From assembly GCA_013265495.1 (NCBI GenBank), contig MU058451.1, forward strand, positions 1,712,167-1,776,166: a stretch of DNA of 64,000 nt, read 5' to 3'. Shown here piece by piece: positions 38,031 to 51,090 of this stretch. The notes under the pieces are model-generated. The model had not been told where the DNA came from. It saw nothing but the letters and a program-made list of their open reading frames with translations, and did no database searches. The DNA is from Vicugna vicugna. Taxonomy: Eukaryota. Every line of letters begins with the position of its first letter. Positions within the stretch are counted from its first letter, which is position 1. The translations under genes and the position numbers were made by a program.

Positions 38031-40559
38031 ACATGGACTATTAGCATGAATTACTTTAGGAAACCCTAAGTTTCGAAAGTAGTATGGCTTAAATTCTAGA
38101 AATATCCATTTACAACCAATGTTGGCCTCCAGTTCACCATATATAAACATGTCTGGAATCCAATGCCTGTTTTGACTCTGGTGAATATCTCCCAAGTTCC
38201 TAGTGAAGAGGTCTGAAAGCACCATGTCTGGTTTCTAACCATAGGAATTGTTTTTTATCGAAGGCATTTCTTTCTTTATGTGAACTGTACAAAATGTAAA
38301 ATTCTACAAAGGTAGTCCATTATCTTTGTAAGTGTCTATGTAATATGACCTCGAAGGCTTTCTCACACTCACTTTTCCCAACCAGGATTTTTTTTTCTTT
38401 TTTTGTTCCCTCTCCTTTTCTCTGTCTCTCCTTCCTCTGTTCTTAATTTCTTTTCTAACCTCTAAAATGACGGACACAACACTATGTCCTTTAGCAAGTT
38501 CCTCTTCTGCATATTGATTTCTTTACTTTTGTGCTTGTTTACAAAAGCTGTCTTATCAGTTCAGATCATTAACAAAAACCAGCCAAAGGACAGTTCAGTT
38601 CATTAGCCAAAAAAAAAAAATCTGAAATGATAGCTCTTGGCAGGCCAATTGATACATTTTTGGAAATTTATCAGATACAACAATTTCAGTATTTAGTCTG
38701 TAAAAAATGTAAGGTGAAGCATTGTACTGTTTTTTTTTTCACAGCTATCATCTAGATAACATTATGGTTGCTCTTAATCCTTTGAAAGTTCTCATGTGAC
38801 TGGATTTCTTGAATTCTTGTCCAGTTTTTCACAAATGAAAAGCTTTCCAGTAAGCTAATACCAGAGGGAGAAAGTGGAGATTTGAAGGAGAAATTCTGAA
38901 ACATAACAGTAAAGTAACATTTGAAAAGAGATGGTCCATCTTTATCCCTTTTCCCTAGTCTGGATAGAACAAGTGTGTCTACAGACTTTCATGCTGAATG
39001 TCTCCAGTTCATAAAATCACAATTATTAATCAGACTATCATTAAATATTAACTTACTTTTGAGATAAATGTCATTTTAAATTTGGAATCCTAGTCTTTGC
39101 TAAATCTAAAGAGAGCTTTTGCATTCGGCTTTTTAGAAAGAGTGCACATAGAAAGCTTAGAAGCTATTAAAAAGCTGCTTAAACTTGACTTCTGGTTTCA
39201 TTCAGGCCCAGCATAATAAACACAGTTTGTAATCAGATGTATATGCAGTTAAAGTAGAACATTAGTAAGGGCTTTAGCCTTTTTCTTTTCTTTTTTAAAT
39301 CTAGGGAGCCATTTTCTTGCAGGCATTTTATAACATTTGGAACGTAGTGCTTGATGTGTAATAGGTGCTCAGTAAATATTTGTTGAATGAATTAATTAAA
39401 TGATTCATCAAATTCATTAATTCATAGAAGATCTCAGAGAGCTTTTAAAATCCCAAATGGTGGCCAAGTCTATCACTCCCATAAATGGAGATTGTATTCT
39501 GTAGAGCCTCATGACTTAAGACATCATCCTCATTGGCTGGTGTTTTATAGCTCTCTCTTCCTTTACATCAACATGTTTAAATCAGGTAGGAAGCTTTAAT
39601 TAGGTGCTAGATAAATATTTAAGTCCATGATACTGTCTGAGCCTACAGAACATGCTAAAAGCACAAATCCAAAACTTCCTGTAATACTTGCTGCAGTAAT
39701 CGTATGGGTTCCTTGAGATCAAGGGTTATTTTACCCACTTTTGTCCCCCTGCACTCAATACATACTAATAGCCAAGTAATGCCTTGGTTTGGAAGGAAGG
39801 GAGGGAATGAGGGAGGAATAATGGATCTAAATCAGTGTATGTTATTTATAGTTTATGATCTCTTTCCATTCTGACCGTTACTGGAATAGTAGAAATTACA
39901 GATTTATGTTTTAGTCAGGAATCATTAATAATTAGGTTCACCTCATCAGGATTTATAGGTTTTACTGGATATGAATTAGCTAAGTGGCTCCTGCTTCACA
40001 TTTTTCCTCTTTCATCACTCTAATCTCATGCTCATTTCTGGTACCTGGAGGTAGTGGGATCTAGTGGAAAGAGCATGGGTTCAGGAACCAGAGCCTTGGC
40101 TTCTAGCCTTGATGCTGAATGGACCCTTGGAAGGTCATTTAAATCCCCCAGTGCTGCCCTTCCCAAATACTGTAAATTTTGTATTTTTGACATTTAAAAA
40201 AATATTTTTAAAGCACCTCTCTTGACTGTAAATCTCAAATACAAAGACTAATAGCATTACTTTTGAAATCCATGTACTAAAGTTTATATTTGGTTTTAAA
40301 GATTTAAAACTACTGAAACAGTTGCCAACCTCACCATCTCTAGCCACAAGGAAATTATTACTTTAAATGTATTCTATACATGCCACATGTCTAGGCCAAG
40401 GGACAGACATAATGCTATAGGAATTATTTGAGGGTCATTCTTTCCTTCTCTATCATGCTAAAAAGATCGCTCAGTGTTGGTCCCCTTTGTACATTTATTT
40501 ATTGTTCTGAGGCATTTAGAAACCTGCCATTCAAGGAAAATCCCCAGCACCTTAGAAGG

Positions 40560-40820
40560 TCAAGAACGTGGGCTTTGAGTTAAGGTAACGCTGGGCTGGA
40601 ACCCTAGAGCCGGCACTCACTGGTTATGTTGTCTTAAGGCTAGTTGGGTCATCCTGTCTGAACCTCACTTTCGTTATCTATAAATCAAAGGTAATAACAC
40701 CTACCCCAGGGTGGACTGAGAATTAGTGAGAGTTCTCCCTGGGAGAACTAAGCGGAATAAGCCCAGTGGCTGCATAGGATAATCTCTCAACATATGGCAG
40801 GTGGTAACAGTGGTAATTAT
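40560..40820 (+). mobile_element. MIR SINE
   Basis: gggctttgagt...tctgaacctcactttcgttatctataaatcaaaggtaataacacctacc. Confidence 0.7.
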
Positions 40821-43139
40821 TAACCAAATTCACAGAGCAAATGAGATGTCCTCATCTGCAACTTTGGCTGCCCTTCAGATACAACTCCAAGAACATCCCT
40901 GCCTTCTAGGAAATAACAGTGTCTACTTATGGATATTTTGATCTTAAGCTGAAACAAAATCCAATGGCAAAGCTGAATTCCATAGCAATGGCTTATTTCA
41001 CACTGACATGCTCTTTTATTATATTCCCGTCTACCTGAGGATTTCAGAGGTGAAAAAGAGTGTTTTAAATATCACCAACTCTAAAACCAATATAATTAGT
41101 TTTTTTATTGAAGAAAAAAATAATAACAGTAAAGAAGAACTGGAAAAAGCAGAATAAAATCCATAATTTCCCCATCCTTAAGCACACTACTCCTTTCAGT
41201 GAAAACAATGGCTGTCCTTTGTTTCCGAACATTTTCACCCTTGGCTCAAAGTCCCATTCCCTACTGCACTGCTGCAACCATAATTTTTGTGATTTTTCCA
41301 CACTTTTTCACATTATTTATTTCAAGACTGTATCATCTGGTACAAGTCACATGAACTCAGGGCTTCAGTCAGTCCATCTGTGGTCCCTAATTTTCACATT
41401 TTTATTTTAGAAAATGTTGATGGCATACGATGAGCTCATTTTTCCCCGTCAAATGCTTTGATGTTTTCTTATCAAATTGTGCTAAATTGTATTATTAGCC
41501 GTAAATTTAACATCCTAAGATTCAGAGATGCTAGCAGGTCATCTTGTCCATCTGCCTTACGTTCTTACCATTAATTATTTATTATACTTTGTAGCTCCCT
41601 AGCATTTTATACAACAGAGACACATGGTAGATTGAGAAAAGGGGCAGAGGCGCGGGGAGGAATATTTATAAAGTGCCATACACAGATGGATGCTTAATAA
41701 ATGCTGTTTAATGATACTCACTGATGACATAGGTTGGAAAACATTACTCATAGGGTATCTGGAGATGGATGTTTGTAGTTCAGTGAACCTCTTCCCTTTT
41801 CTAGTTAAGGCACAGGGGGAAAAAATCAAGCATACAATTACTTGTGACATATTCTGCTTTTTTAAAATTAGTTCCATTAATGAAGGATACCTGATTTGTT
41901 AGAAACTGTTTTTCTTTTTCATGCTAGAATCTAGATACACTATGTTGAATATGCAGAGTCAGGAAAGAAGGAGAGCTACTTACAGATGTGGCTACACAGT
42001 GCCCTAAGATGTGCTTTGGGTGTGAAATACGGCCACCTATACATTGTGAGCTGCATACACTGAGAAGGATTTCTGCCTTTTGCCCTAAGTGATTTTCCCA
42101 AGCCAATACTGCTCTGCTTAATTTCCATTACTGTAGGGTCATTCCTTTGATTAAACTTTGCCCCCATCTTATAGTCTTCACATCACAATACTTTATATTA
42201 TTTAGAAAGAAAAGCTCATCTTTTGAAAAAATGTTGAGACTCACTAACCTTGACTCTTTTCTTTGTCCTTTTATTGGTAGAAATTCAGTGATGTTGGCTT
42301 TTCTGACTCAACTGTTTTTCCTAGGAGTGAGTGTAAGCTGAGAAATAGGAAATTCATTTTGGCCAAAATTTAAACAGAAGAAATTGACAATAGTGAACTT
42401 TTCTCCTGTTCTTCGTCTGCCCAGTGGAATATGTAGATGAGTTGTAGTCACACAGAAATCTCCTAGAACCATGACATTTCAGGGATAGAAGGTACCTTGG
42501 AAGTAGTCTTGTCCATCTCTCAGCAGGGCAGGAGTTTCCCTTTTGCATACCTTACAGGTGGTCACCTGGGGTCCTTTGAACCTTACCAGGCCCAGGGGTG
42601 TTTTGAGGCAGTGTATTCCACTTGGGGGCAGCAATAATTATTAGAGAGTCTCATTTGTTTATCATGTGGCTCTTATTCTGAACCCAAGCCTTATGAAAGT
42701 AGGCCAATAAGGGCCAGCAGAACTTCTAAGCAAATTGGAAATCACCGCCATAATCTGATATCGGATGATGTTAACCAAAACATGTGACCACACACAAAAA
42801 AAGGATATTAGTGCTTTGAAATTCTTATTCATTCATTCATTCATTCTTTCTTTCTTTCATGTAGTCCACAAACATTTGTCAAGCACTTGCCTACCAAAGA
42901 TGCAAATATGGATAAGAGCTGTTTATCACTTTCAAGGACTCACAGCCAAGGAGGTGTTTTCAGTTAAAGCTCATGGCACCACTTCTCTGTTGTAGTTTTA
43001 TAACCATTGTCATTAATTGCTTGTTGTGTTTGTTCATAGCATATTTATCTACCTTCACTAGAATGTGAGCTTCATGATGTCAGAGACTGCCCCTCAAACA
43101 GAGGAAAGGCTCATAAATATTTGCTGAATGAATGGATAA

Positions 43140-43783
43140 GAGATTCCTTAAAAAAAAAATTAAGAATAGACTTAAATATATGATCCAGCAATCCCACTCC
43201 AGGTATATACCCAGAGAAAACTAATTCGAAAAGACACATGCACCCCAGTGTTCATTGCAGCACTGTTTACAGTAGCCAAGACATGGAAGCAACCTAAATA
43301 CCCATCCACAGATGACTGGATAAAGAAGCTGTGGCATATATACACAATGGAATACTACTCGGTCATTAAAAATGAAATGATGCCATTTACAGCAACTTGG
43401 ATGGACCTGGAGATTATCACACTAAGTAAGTCAGACAGAGAAAGACAAATATATGATATCATTTCTATGTGGAATCTAAAACAATGATGCAGATGAACTC
43501 ATCTACAAGTTCACTGAGAAAGAGACTCATAGATGTAGAAAACAAAAGTTATGGTTACCAAAGGGGAGGGATAAATTAGGAGTTTGGGATTAGCAGATAC
43601 AAACTACTATATATAAAATAGATAAAAAATAAGGTCCTACTGTATAGCACAGGGAATTACATTCAATATCTTACAATAACCTGTAATGAAAACAAATATA
43701 TATATGTATAACTGAATCACTATGCTGAACACCAGAAACTAGCACAACATTGTAAATCAACTATACTTCACTTTAAAAAAAAA
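43140..43783 (+). mobile_element. 5'-truncated L1: ORF2 C-terminus, 3'UTR and A tail
   Basis: ORF 43248-43487 MFIAALFTVAKTWKQPKYPSTDDWIKKLWHIYTMEYYS is the canonical L1 ORF2p end. Confidence 0.93.
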
Positions 43784-44029
43784 TGGACACTAGGGCATCA
43801 GAGGCAAGGAAAGAACAATTCTGTGAAGGGCATCTCTCTTCAGAAGAACACGGTCAGGTTGCCTGACTGCAGCCATTACCCTCTAAGGAAACGAACAATG
43901 TGTAGGAGATAACACATTCAACTTAGTGTAGTTTGAATCTAATATTTTGACATGGGGGTGAGACAAAGAAAGCAAAGCTTTTGAAAACTTCGAGTAGAAA
44001 GTGAAAAGCAAAGAAAAGTGAGCTGGAGT

Positions 44030-44205
44030 GTAATGCAAAGAGACTTACGTAGGCGTCTGCAGACCTGGGTTCTAGTCCAAGTTCAGCAGCTAACAGAGAG
44101 AGGTCAGCCAAGTCACGTGGCCTCACTGGACCTCAATTTTTAAAGCTGTAAATAAGGCAATTGGACCAGAGCACATACACATTCCCTTCTGTCATGTTCT
44201 GTGAT
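44030..44205 (+). mobile_element. MIR SINE
   Basis: agacctgggttctagtcc...caagtcacgtggcctcactggacctcaatttt...ctgtaaa. Confidence 0.65.
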
Positions 44206-47200
44206 TCTGGTCTCCAAACAAAACATGGGGGTATCTACAGCATGATATCTGTTTGTCATAGAGACTAGTCTCAAATCAGACAGTATTTGAGCTCTTAATA
44301 AAAGCTTCATTGCCTACAGTATGTTTGTTTGTGGAGAAATAAGGGACCAGAATGTAATTGAAAAGTATATTTTTACTATTAAACAGAGCCCAACAGAGAA
44401 ACATCCTTTGTCAAGATTCTTACTGCCGGACATTCTAGACCAACCATTGCATGGTCTAAAATCTAATTTTATTAGAAGAAAACTAAAAAAGTGTTCGAAT
44501 CCTATTCAAACTTCATGAATATTTTTTACTTGGTTCCATAGAGGCTAATTCTAACTTATGCCCCCACATGGAGATGAGATATGAAATTTAAGCCAGTCAC
44601 CCAAACAGAAGATTGTATCATCCACAGAGAACTGCAGGTAGTGACTGAAGTTTGTGATTTCTTTTATCAGGATATTATGGCGTGGCCCAGCCTCATTTCT
44701 CATTCCTTTCAGTGGTGTCAGTAGTTCCTCTGCTGACTTTTTTTATTTTTCTCTTTCATCTTTATTTATCCCCTGCACACCACTGTGACTCTGGGAAGAC
44801 GTCTGCAAGAGGAGACATTTAAAAGTACACATCTTGGGCGCCAATATAAAGGGCACTTTGACCATCATAATAGAAAAATCTTCTACCAGCTGAATGGCTT
44901 ATATAAAAATTTGAGCTTTTTTTATGTGTGTTTTGAAACAGACTGAAATTTCAAACTATGACTATACCTGGCAGTTTATAAAAGGCCCCCGATGCATTAT
45001 AGCATTAGTATTACATTTTTCAGAGTAGGGAAGTATTTTTCCTGAGTGATACCTTATAAAAGGCCATTTTTCTAAAGGCAAACCTAGTGGTTTACTCTCT
45101 AATTATAGCAAATGTATATATAGGAGCTAATTCTTTAAATAGTTCTCTTGTGATGAAGAAAATTCATATTCTGTGTCTAAATAAAATAGTTTATTTATAA
45201 ATTTGGTTAGTCAGAGACATCAGTGAAATGCGAAGATGCTCATATTACTTACTGCTTGTCTCTGCAACACAATGCTTCCTTTGACCACTGAAGGCAAAGC
45301 TTTTAGGATTTTGTTTGAGTGTATCTAAAAAAAGCATCGGTTATATCAAGGATAAAAGTTCCGGATTTTTTTTTAACTAAGGAGTAAATAGCTGCGCTAA
45401 AATCGAGGAACATATTGATATTAGCGGCCTCTGATAGCAGAAAAGAAGTGCCACGTCCACCTTTCTGGGGACAAGGACAGTGTTTCCGTTATTACTAGAA
45501 CCTGTCGTGTTCAAAACAACAAACAGTATGAAATTCATTAGTATTTCTGGCCAGGTTCTAAAGTAATTCAGCAGTAATTCAATTTTATTGAATTTCTTAG
45601 AACAGCTGAAAGTTTCCAGGACCTGACTTTGCAATACTACCAATCTGTCTTTCTCAAATAAATCTGACTTGTTTTTAACTTGTTATAAATTCATTGTTTT
45701 TCACTGGTAAGTTCTGGAGGTGCTTTTTCAAACTCCAGTGAGTGCTAATTTTTTTTAAGCACTGATTAAAAACATGCATTTACTACTTAATACTAGACAC
45801 GAAAATTGAAGAAAATGCTGCAGAGCTGTATATACATAGAGTGATTTAGACTTAAAGGTCTCAGAACTGCGTGTTTACAATGTGTGCTCAGCGGGTACCA
45901 GCAACACAGAAATGAAGTGTTAAACATCACTTAGGTCTTTAGAAAGATTTGCTTTTCATCTTCACAGAATCGCACATGGGGCTTATCCTGCCTTGCTGCA
46001 CTAAGGAAGTGTCAAGTATATGACGTAACAGTAGTATTTTTGAGACTACAGTAAAAAAAAAAAAAAATCCGCCCTGCCCCCACACCACCACTCCCCTGCC
46101 TTAGACCTGGAGTCTCAAGCTGTAATTATGATGCCATGATCAGAAAGTTGTGTTTTGTCAGGTTTGGCCCTGAATGGATGGCAGCATAATGCCACGCTGC
46201 TGGTAGGAGCGTGCAAACCGAGGCTTTGTGCAGCTGTGCAAACCGAGAATGTTTGTTGTTGTTTATTGTTTAAAGAGTCGCGTTCTTCCTCTAACAGACT
46301 AATGAAGGGATGTTTAGTACATTTGCATTGGTTGACTGATTGTTGCAAGCTTGACTCTCGATTGATCGAAGGAGATGAAATAAACTAACAGACTGCTGAA
46401 AGAGAAGATTTACTGAGATTCTGCCTTTGACGTAAAAATGTGTGTTCAGTTTATAACTATTTATGTATATAAATTCTACTCAGTTGTATAACATCTCCAC
46501 AGCTGAAATATGGAATTATTACATTTTATATTAAACTTATATACTACACTGAATTACATGATTGATTCTTAGGGGGCAAAATTATTATGGTAGACATAAT
46601 TTCACTTGTAAAGGTAAATGTGACAAAACATAGCCTCATATCCACTTTAATTAATAAAATTAAAAATATAAATTTTGCAAGCTCTCGAGAGTGGCAAAAC
46701 ACGGTTTATAACCCAGAGGGAAACGACAGATTCACTGTTAGAAGTAAAATTAATATTGCAGAAAAGAACATAGATTAAAATGGAAAGTTAAAAACACTAA
46801 ATAAAATGAAGGAAACTTTTTTGATGTTCTGAATGTAGTGTGTTTCAAGCTCTGATAAATCTTAAAGGGTCCTTGAAATAAAATATGAAAACCACCTTTT
46901 CCTAAGAAACTAGACATGAAAAAAATGTTTTCATGGACTCCGAAGTCATATGATATGCTTATTTCTATCTAAAGTGAAGATGGTGATTGGAAGGGGAGGA
47001 TAGTAATGGCCAGAGAGGAAAAATACTAACCAAGTGCCATAGGAAACCAAAGAATTTTAAGCATGGAAATGCCATTGTTTGATATGTGAAGATACTGAAG
47101 TCCAATCAAAAAGGTGAGGGGGTTGCACAAGTCCCACCCAACTGGACCCTGGGGTCATGAGTCTCAGAGCAGAACCCCTTCTGCAATCCCATACCACCTC

Positions 47201-47394
47201 CCATAAGAGGCAGCTCAGTTTAGATGTTTTTCTCTTCTTCTGGAGAGAGACATGGCATTTTCGGCTGAGGAGGTTTTCTCCTTAAGGATGTAGAAAGCTT
47301 CGTGAAGTATGTACAAGTTGGAAGATACATGGTTTGGTTTTGTGGTTGGTTAAGAGACAGTGAGGGTAGAAAGATCTAGGAGGCCAATGCCTTA

Positions 47395-47612
47395 TCCATT
47401 TGAGATTTGCAAATGATAACCACTATATATAAAGAAAGATTTAAAAAAACAAATTTCTTCAGTATAGCACAGGGAACTATATTCAATGTCTTATAATAAC
47501 TTTTAATGAAAATGAGTCCCAGTCTCATTTCATATATATATGCATGACTGGGACATTATGCTGTACACCAGAAATTGACACATTATAACTGACTATACTT
47601 CAGTTTAAAAAA
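47395..47612 (+). mobile_element. L1 3'UTR fragment
   Basis: agtatagcacagggaactatattcaat...tgctgtacaccagaaattgacacattataactgactatacttc plus A tail. Confidence 0.82.
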
Positions 47613-48732
47613 GCAAGATCGAGGGAACTGGATAGGAAGAGAGGGAGAAGAATGGAAGAGAGATGAGCAGCTTGTGGGAAAGTAAGATGTGAAATGGGAG
47701 AGAAAAACCACAGAGGAGGAGGTAGCAGGGAGCATGGCAGATGGGCAGGTAGACAGAAAGGCTCAGTGAGTTTCTAAGGGACTGCTGAGCAGGGCTTATG
47801 CTCTGCACTTGACCTGAATTTCAGGCTTACCAGTGTGACCCCTTGTGTCCTACAACTATTTTGAAAGCCTGATGAGCTCTCTGAACACTAGTCACAGTTC
47901 TTTACCTGCTCGAGAACTCACCCCTTTGAGCCTGTACTCTACATCAGGTCACAAGTAGAACATTCTGCTCAGGGAGAATCAAAAATGTTTAACCACAGTA
48001 ACAATAATCAGAGCAGATCATCTTAAAGTCTTCAGAAAATCAAAGCAACAGGCTACATTCTCTCATGATAAGTTTCTCTACCCATGCTTTGAAGAAAGGG
48101 CATTGAATTTCAGGCTGTCTTTTATTGTGGGGTTTGTAATCAACACTGGATTTCTTATAATAGAAAGTTCTTGATTAGTAAAGAAGGGACTTTGAAATTT
48201 AAGTCTTATGACCTCTCTTCACTTGAGACACATACTCTACAGAAAGGAGGAATTCACTATAAGTCATGAGGATGGAATTATTTAAGATAAATAGTGACCT
48301 ACAGGTGACTATGACAGAGCATTTATGCTTTTAGTAATAACTTTTACAAGAAAGCAAGCCACACTAAGCCACTGACCATTAACATGAGATGTTTGTATCC
48401 CTTTGAAGTTTGCTCTTACTCTTTCTGGAAAACCGCGTATCTGATACTAAAATCAGTTCAAAAACCATCTCTCTTCTTCACAGTAGTTGTAAGTCATGAT
48501 ATTCCAAAAAGAGTAAATTCATTTTTATTTTTATTTTTATTCAAATTAAAGATGGATTAGGTTTCCTGCTTATTATTCATGTGTGTTGTTCACATAATCT
48601 GTATGGATTACTGAGATGTCATTGCACCAAAACCAAGTTATTTAATGGAGAACATTTAGATTCACCACTGATATTGCCCATCTCTCATATTTTTAGATGT
48701 TTTGCCTGATCCTAATATTACTGTGCCCCCAC

Positions 48733-48735
<3 letters not shown>

Positions 48736-48768
<33 letters not shown>
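48736..48768. repeat. (TG)16 microsatellite
   Basis: Direct reading. Confidence 0.95.
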
Positions 48769-48771
<3 letters not shown>

Positions 48772-49094
48772 CATGCATGCATGTGTGTGTACTCCATTCT
48801 CATTTGAATACAAAATTTGGACATGGGCATCAATGGTGTCAAAGATACATGCTGTGTGTAGATACAGTGCTCCGTAGAGAAAAGTTGGGACCAACAATTC
48901 CTGGCCTTATAAGCTTATAATCCACTAGAGAGGACTGAATATGTATGTGTGTATATATATAGAAAAAAAATTAAATGTTAGCATTTATTTAATAAACACC
49001 AGTATAGCTTTTACTCTTAGTGTTCATTCAGTGATTGGAAGCTAAACATAAAGGAGAAATATGAGTTTCCTTATTGTATTTGGATATACCTCCC

Positions 49095-49220
49095 TGTAGT
49101 GAGCGCTTCACATAAACTATCTCATTTAATTGTCATAATACTGTCAATGAAGTCGATACTATTATTTTCATTTTGTAGATTAAGAAATTGAGGCTTAGGG
49201 AATTGAAGTCACTTGGCCAA
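49095..49220 (-). mobile_element. MIR SINE
   Basis: atctcatttaat...cattttgtagattaagaaattgaggcttagggaattgaagtcacttggcca. Confidence 0.72.
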
Positions 49221-49974
49221 TTATTGTAACTTCTTTATTAGAAAAATAGGCTTTTATTATCATCTGCAATGAAAGTGTGTGTGTGTATACTTTAAATATT
49301 TCTTTTAACTGTGGAGCTGAAAAAACTCCCAATTCAAATATATTTATTGGCCATATTTACAATACTTTTTATATAGTCCATCTCCAGTTTTTTCATAAAT
49401 TTGACTTATTTTCACTTGAGAGGATACTTGGCTCCAGATGGAGAAATAAATTTAACTCACAGGAGTGGAGAAACCAGACACATGCAGAAATTGGTGTGGA
49501 TCTTATAAAGAGAATTCTAATTATAAGGACCTCTTAAATCTAAAAGCTTTTCCCTTTGGTATAAGCAATTGACTGTGTGTGAAACATGATGTTTTACATT
49601 AAAAGTGGTGTTTTGGATGAATTGCTTGGAGCTCTGTGGTTTTCTGCAGAAAGCATTATAGGGGAAGATCAAGTAAGAAGATGCTTGCTGCTACAGATCA
49701 GAAGAATAGATCAACAAGAGGGAGTGCCAGGGCACTTGTGTCTTAAACAATTAGTACACAGGAGAAAAGAGCTGTGGGGCAAAGAACACAAGTGCACACA
49801 CACCCATTCTGACACACATGATGTGCACACAAACATATGTATACATAACATGTACACATAGATGCATTTTAGTCAAGTGATTCAAATAACTCCTTTTATG
49901 CATTTTCTGGCCATATACATTAGCCCTGCTAGATATTTTGTCAGCTGTCTTGTGGAAAACAAAGAATTGACAAA

Positions 49975-51090
49975 TTATTTAACATTTATTAAACCCTCAC
50001 AATAAATAAGCACTGTGCTCAGGGATAAGACTGTAACAGAGAAGATAGTCTTTGTCTTCAGGAACTCCCAGCATCCTTGGGAAAGGTGTTTTTGCAGTGG
50101 TCTGTTAAAACAGAGGACACATTCAGGGAGTTCATGATCCTAGAGGAGGTATATCATGGAGGGCTTTCTGGAGCAGGTGATGTCTGAGTTGAGTCTTAAA
50201 GAGCAAGGAGCAAGGAAATGGGAAAGGTGGAGGCTCCTCCAGGACACAGTGTGAAGAAAGGCCAGGAGCTTGAAACATAAAGATATGTAGAGTCTGGGGT
50301 TGCTGGAATAAAGTGATGAGGGAGGGAGGAGAAGTGAGGATGGAGAGGTAGGCCAGATCTTGACTTCATAGACTTTATACTGCCAGTAACAATGAGCCTT
50401 TGTAGGGTTTAAAGCATGATAAGGTCACCAGAGACCTCTTTCTGAAGCTCTGGACTAAAATATCCATATGCTGATCAATGCTTCCTAGACATCTTGAACT
50501 AAACTGGCCGCACTTCCAACCTGCCCCTGCCCAGCTAGTTCCCAGTTCTTCTCAGGACCCTGAGGACCTTCTCCTGGTCTTCAGATTGAGAAGGACCAGA
50601 AACTGTCCTTCTAGTAGCTGTGCAGAGAACGGTTTTTATATAGACTAAACCAGAGCTCAGGATCCAGTTTAAGATGTTACTGTAGAAATGTTGCAAGAGA
50701 TTCTGAGAGTTTGAACCAGTTTCATGGTTCAGGGTAACAGGGACAGGGTAATGGGGACGGAGGGCTTAAGCAACGTTTAGGAGGTACAGGTGGCTGAGAC
50801 CTGGTGTTTATTTGGATATGGACAGATGGACCAGGATTTCTCAGGGGTTTAGCTTGTGTGGCTCATACTGCGGTTCAGTTTCCGGTCCTTCTCAATCTGA
50901 AGACCAGGAGAAGGTCCTCAGGTTCCTGAAAAGAACTAGGAACTAGCTGGGCAGGTTGGAGGTGCAGCCAGTTTAGTTTAAGATGTCTAGGAAGCATTGA
51001 TCAGCATATGGATATTTTAGTCCAGAGCTTCAGAAAGAGGTCTCTGGTGACAAATTGGGGGGCTGTCAACCTATAGGTATATAAAACGCA
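49975..51090 (-). mobile_element. L2 element hosting the inverted duplication
   Basis: L2-like motifs in order: aacatttatt...gcactgtgct; gagggctttctggagcaggtgatgtctgagttgagtctt; tttaggaggta; tccagagcttcagaaagaggtct. Confidence 0.7.
50424..51051. repeat. Long inverted repeat: arms 50424-50605 (182 bp) and 50876-51051 (176 bp), 270-bp spacer
   Basis: Manual alignment of the left arm to the reverse complement of the right arm gives 7 substitutions and one 6-bp indel; the outer 72 bp match perfectly. Confidence 0.97.

Noticed and set aside
40731..40749. Quasi-palindrome agttctccc-t-gggagaact
   Set aside because: A 9-bp stem within a MIR, not far enough beyond chance to support a function.
43248..43487. 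79-aa ORF with protein-like sequence
   Set aside because: C-terminal end of L1 ORF2p in a truncated element.
50424..51051. MITE or pre-miRNA interpretation of the inverted repeat
   Set aside because: No TSD or known terminal motif; the arms are L2-like, and a 270-nt loop is too large for a typical pre-miRNA.
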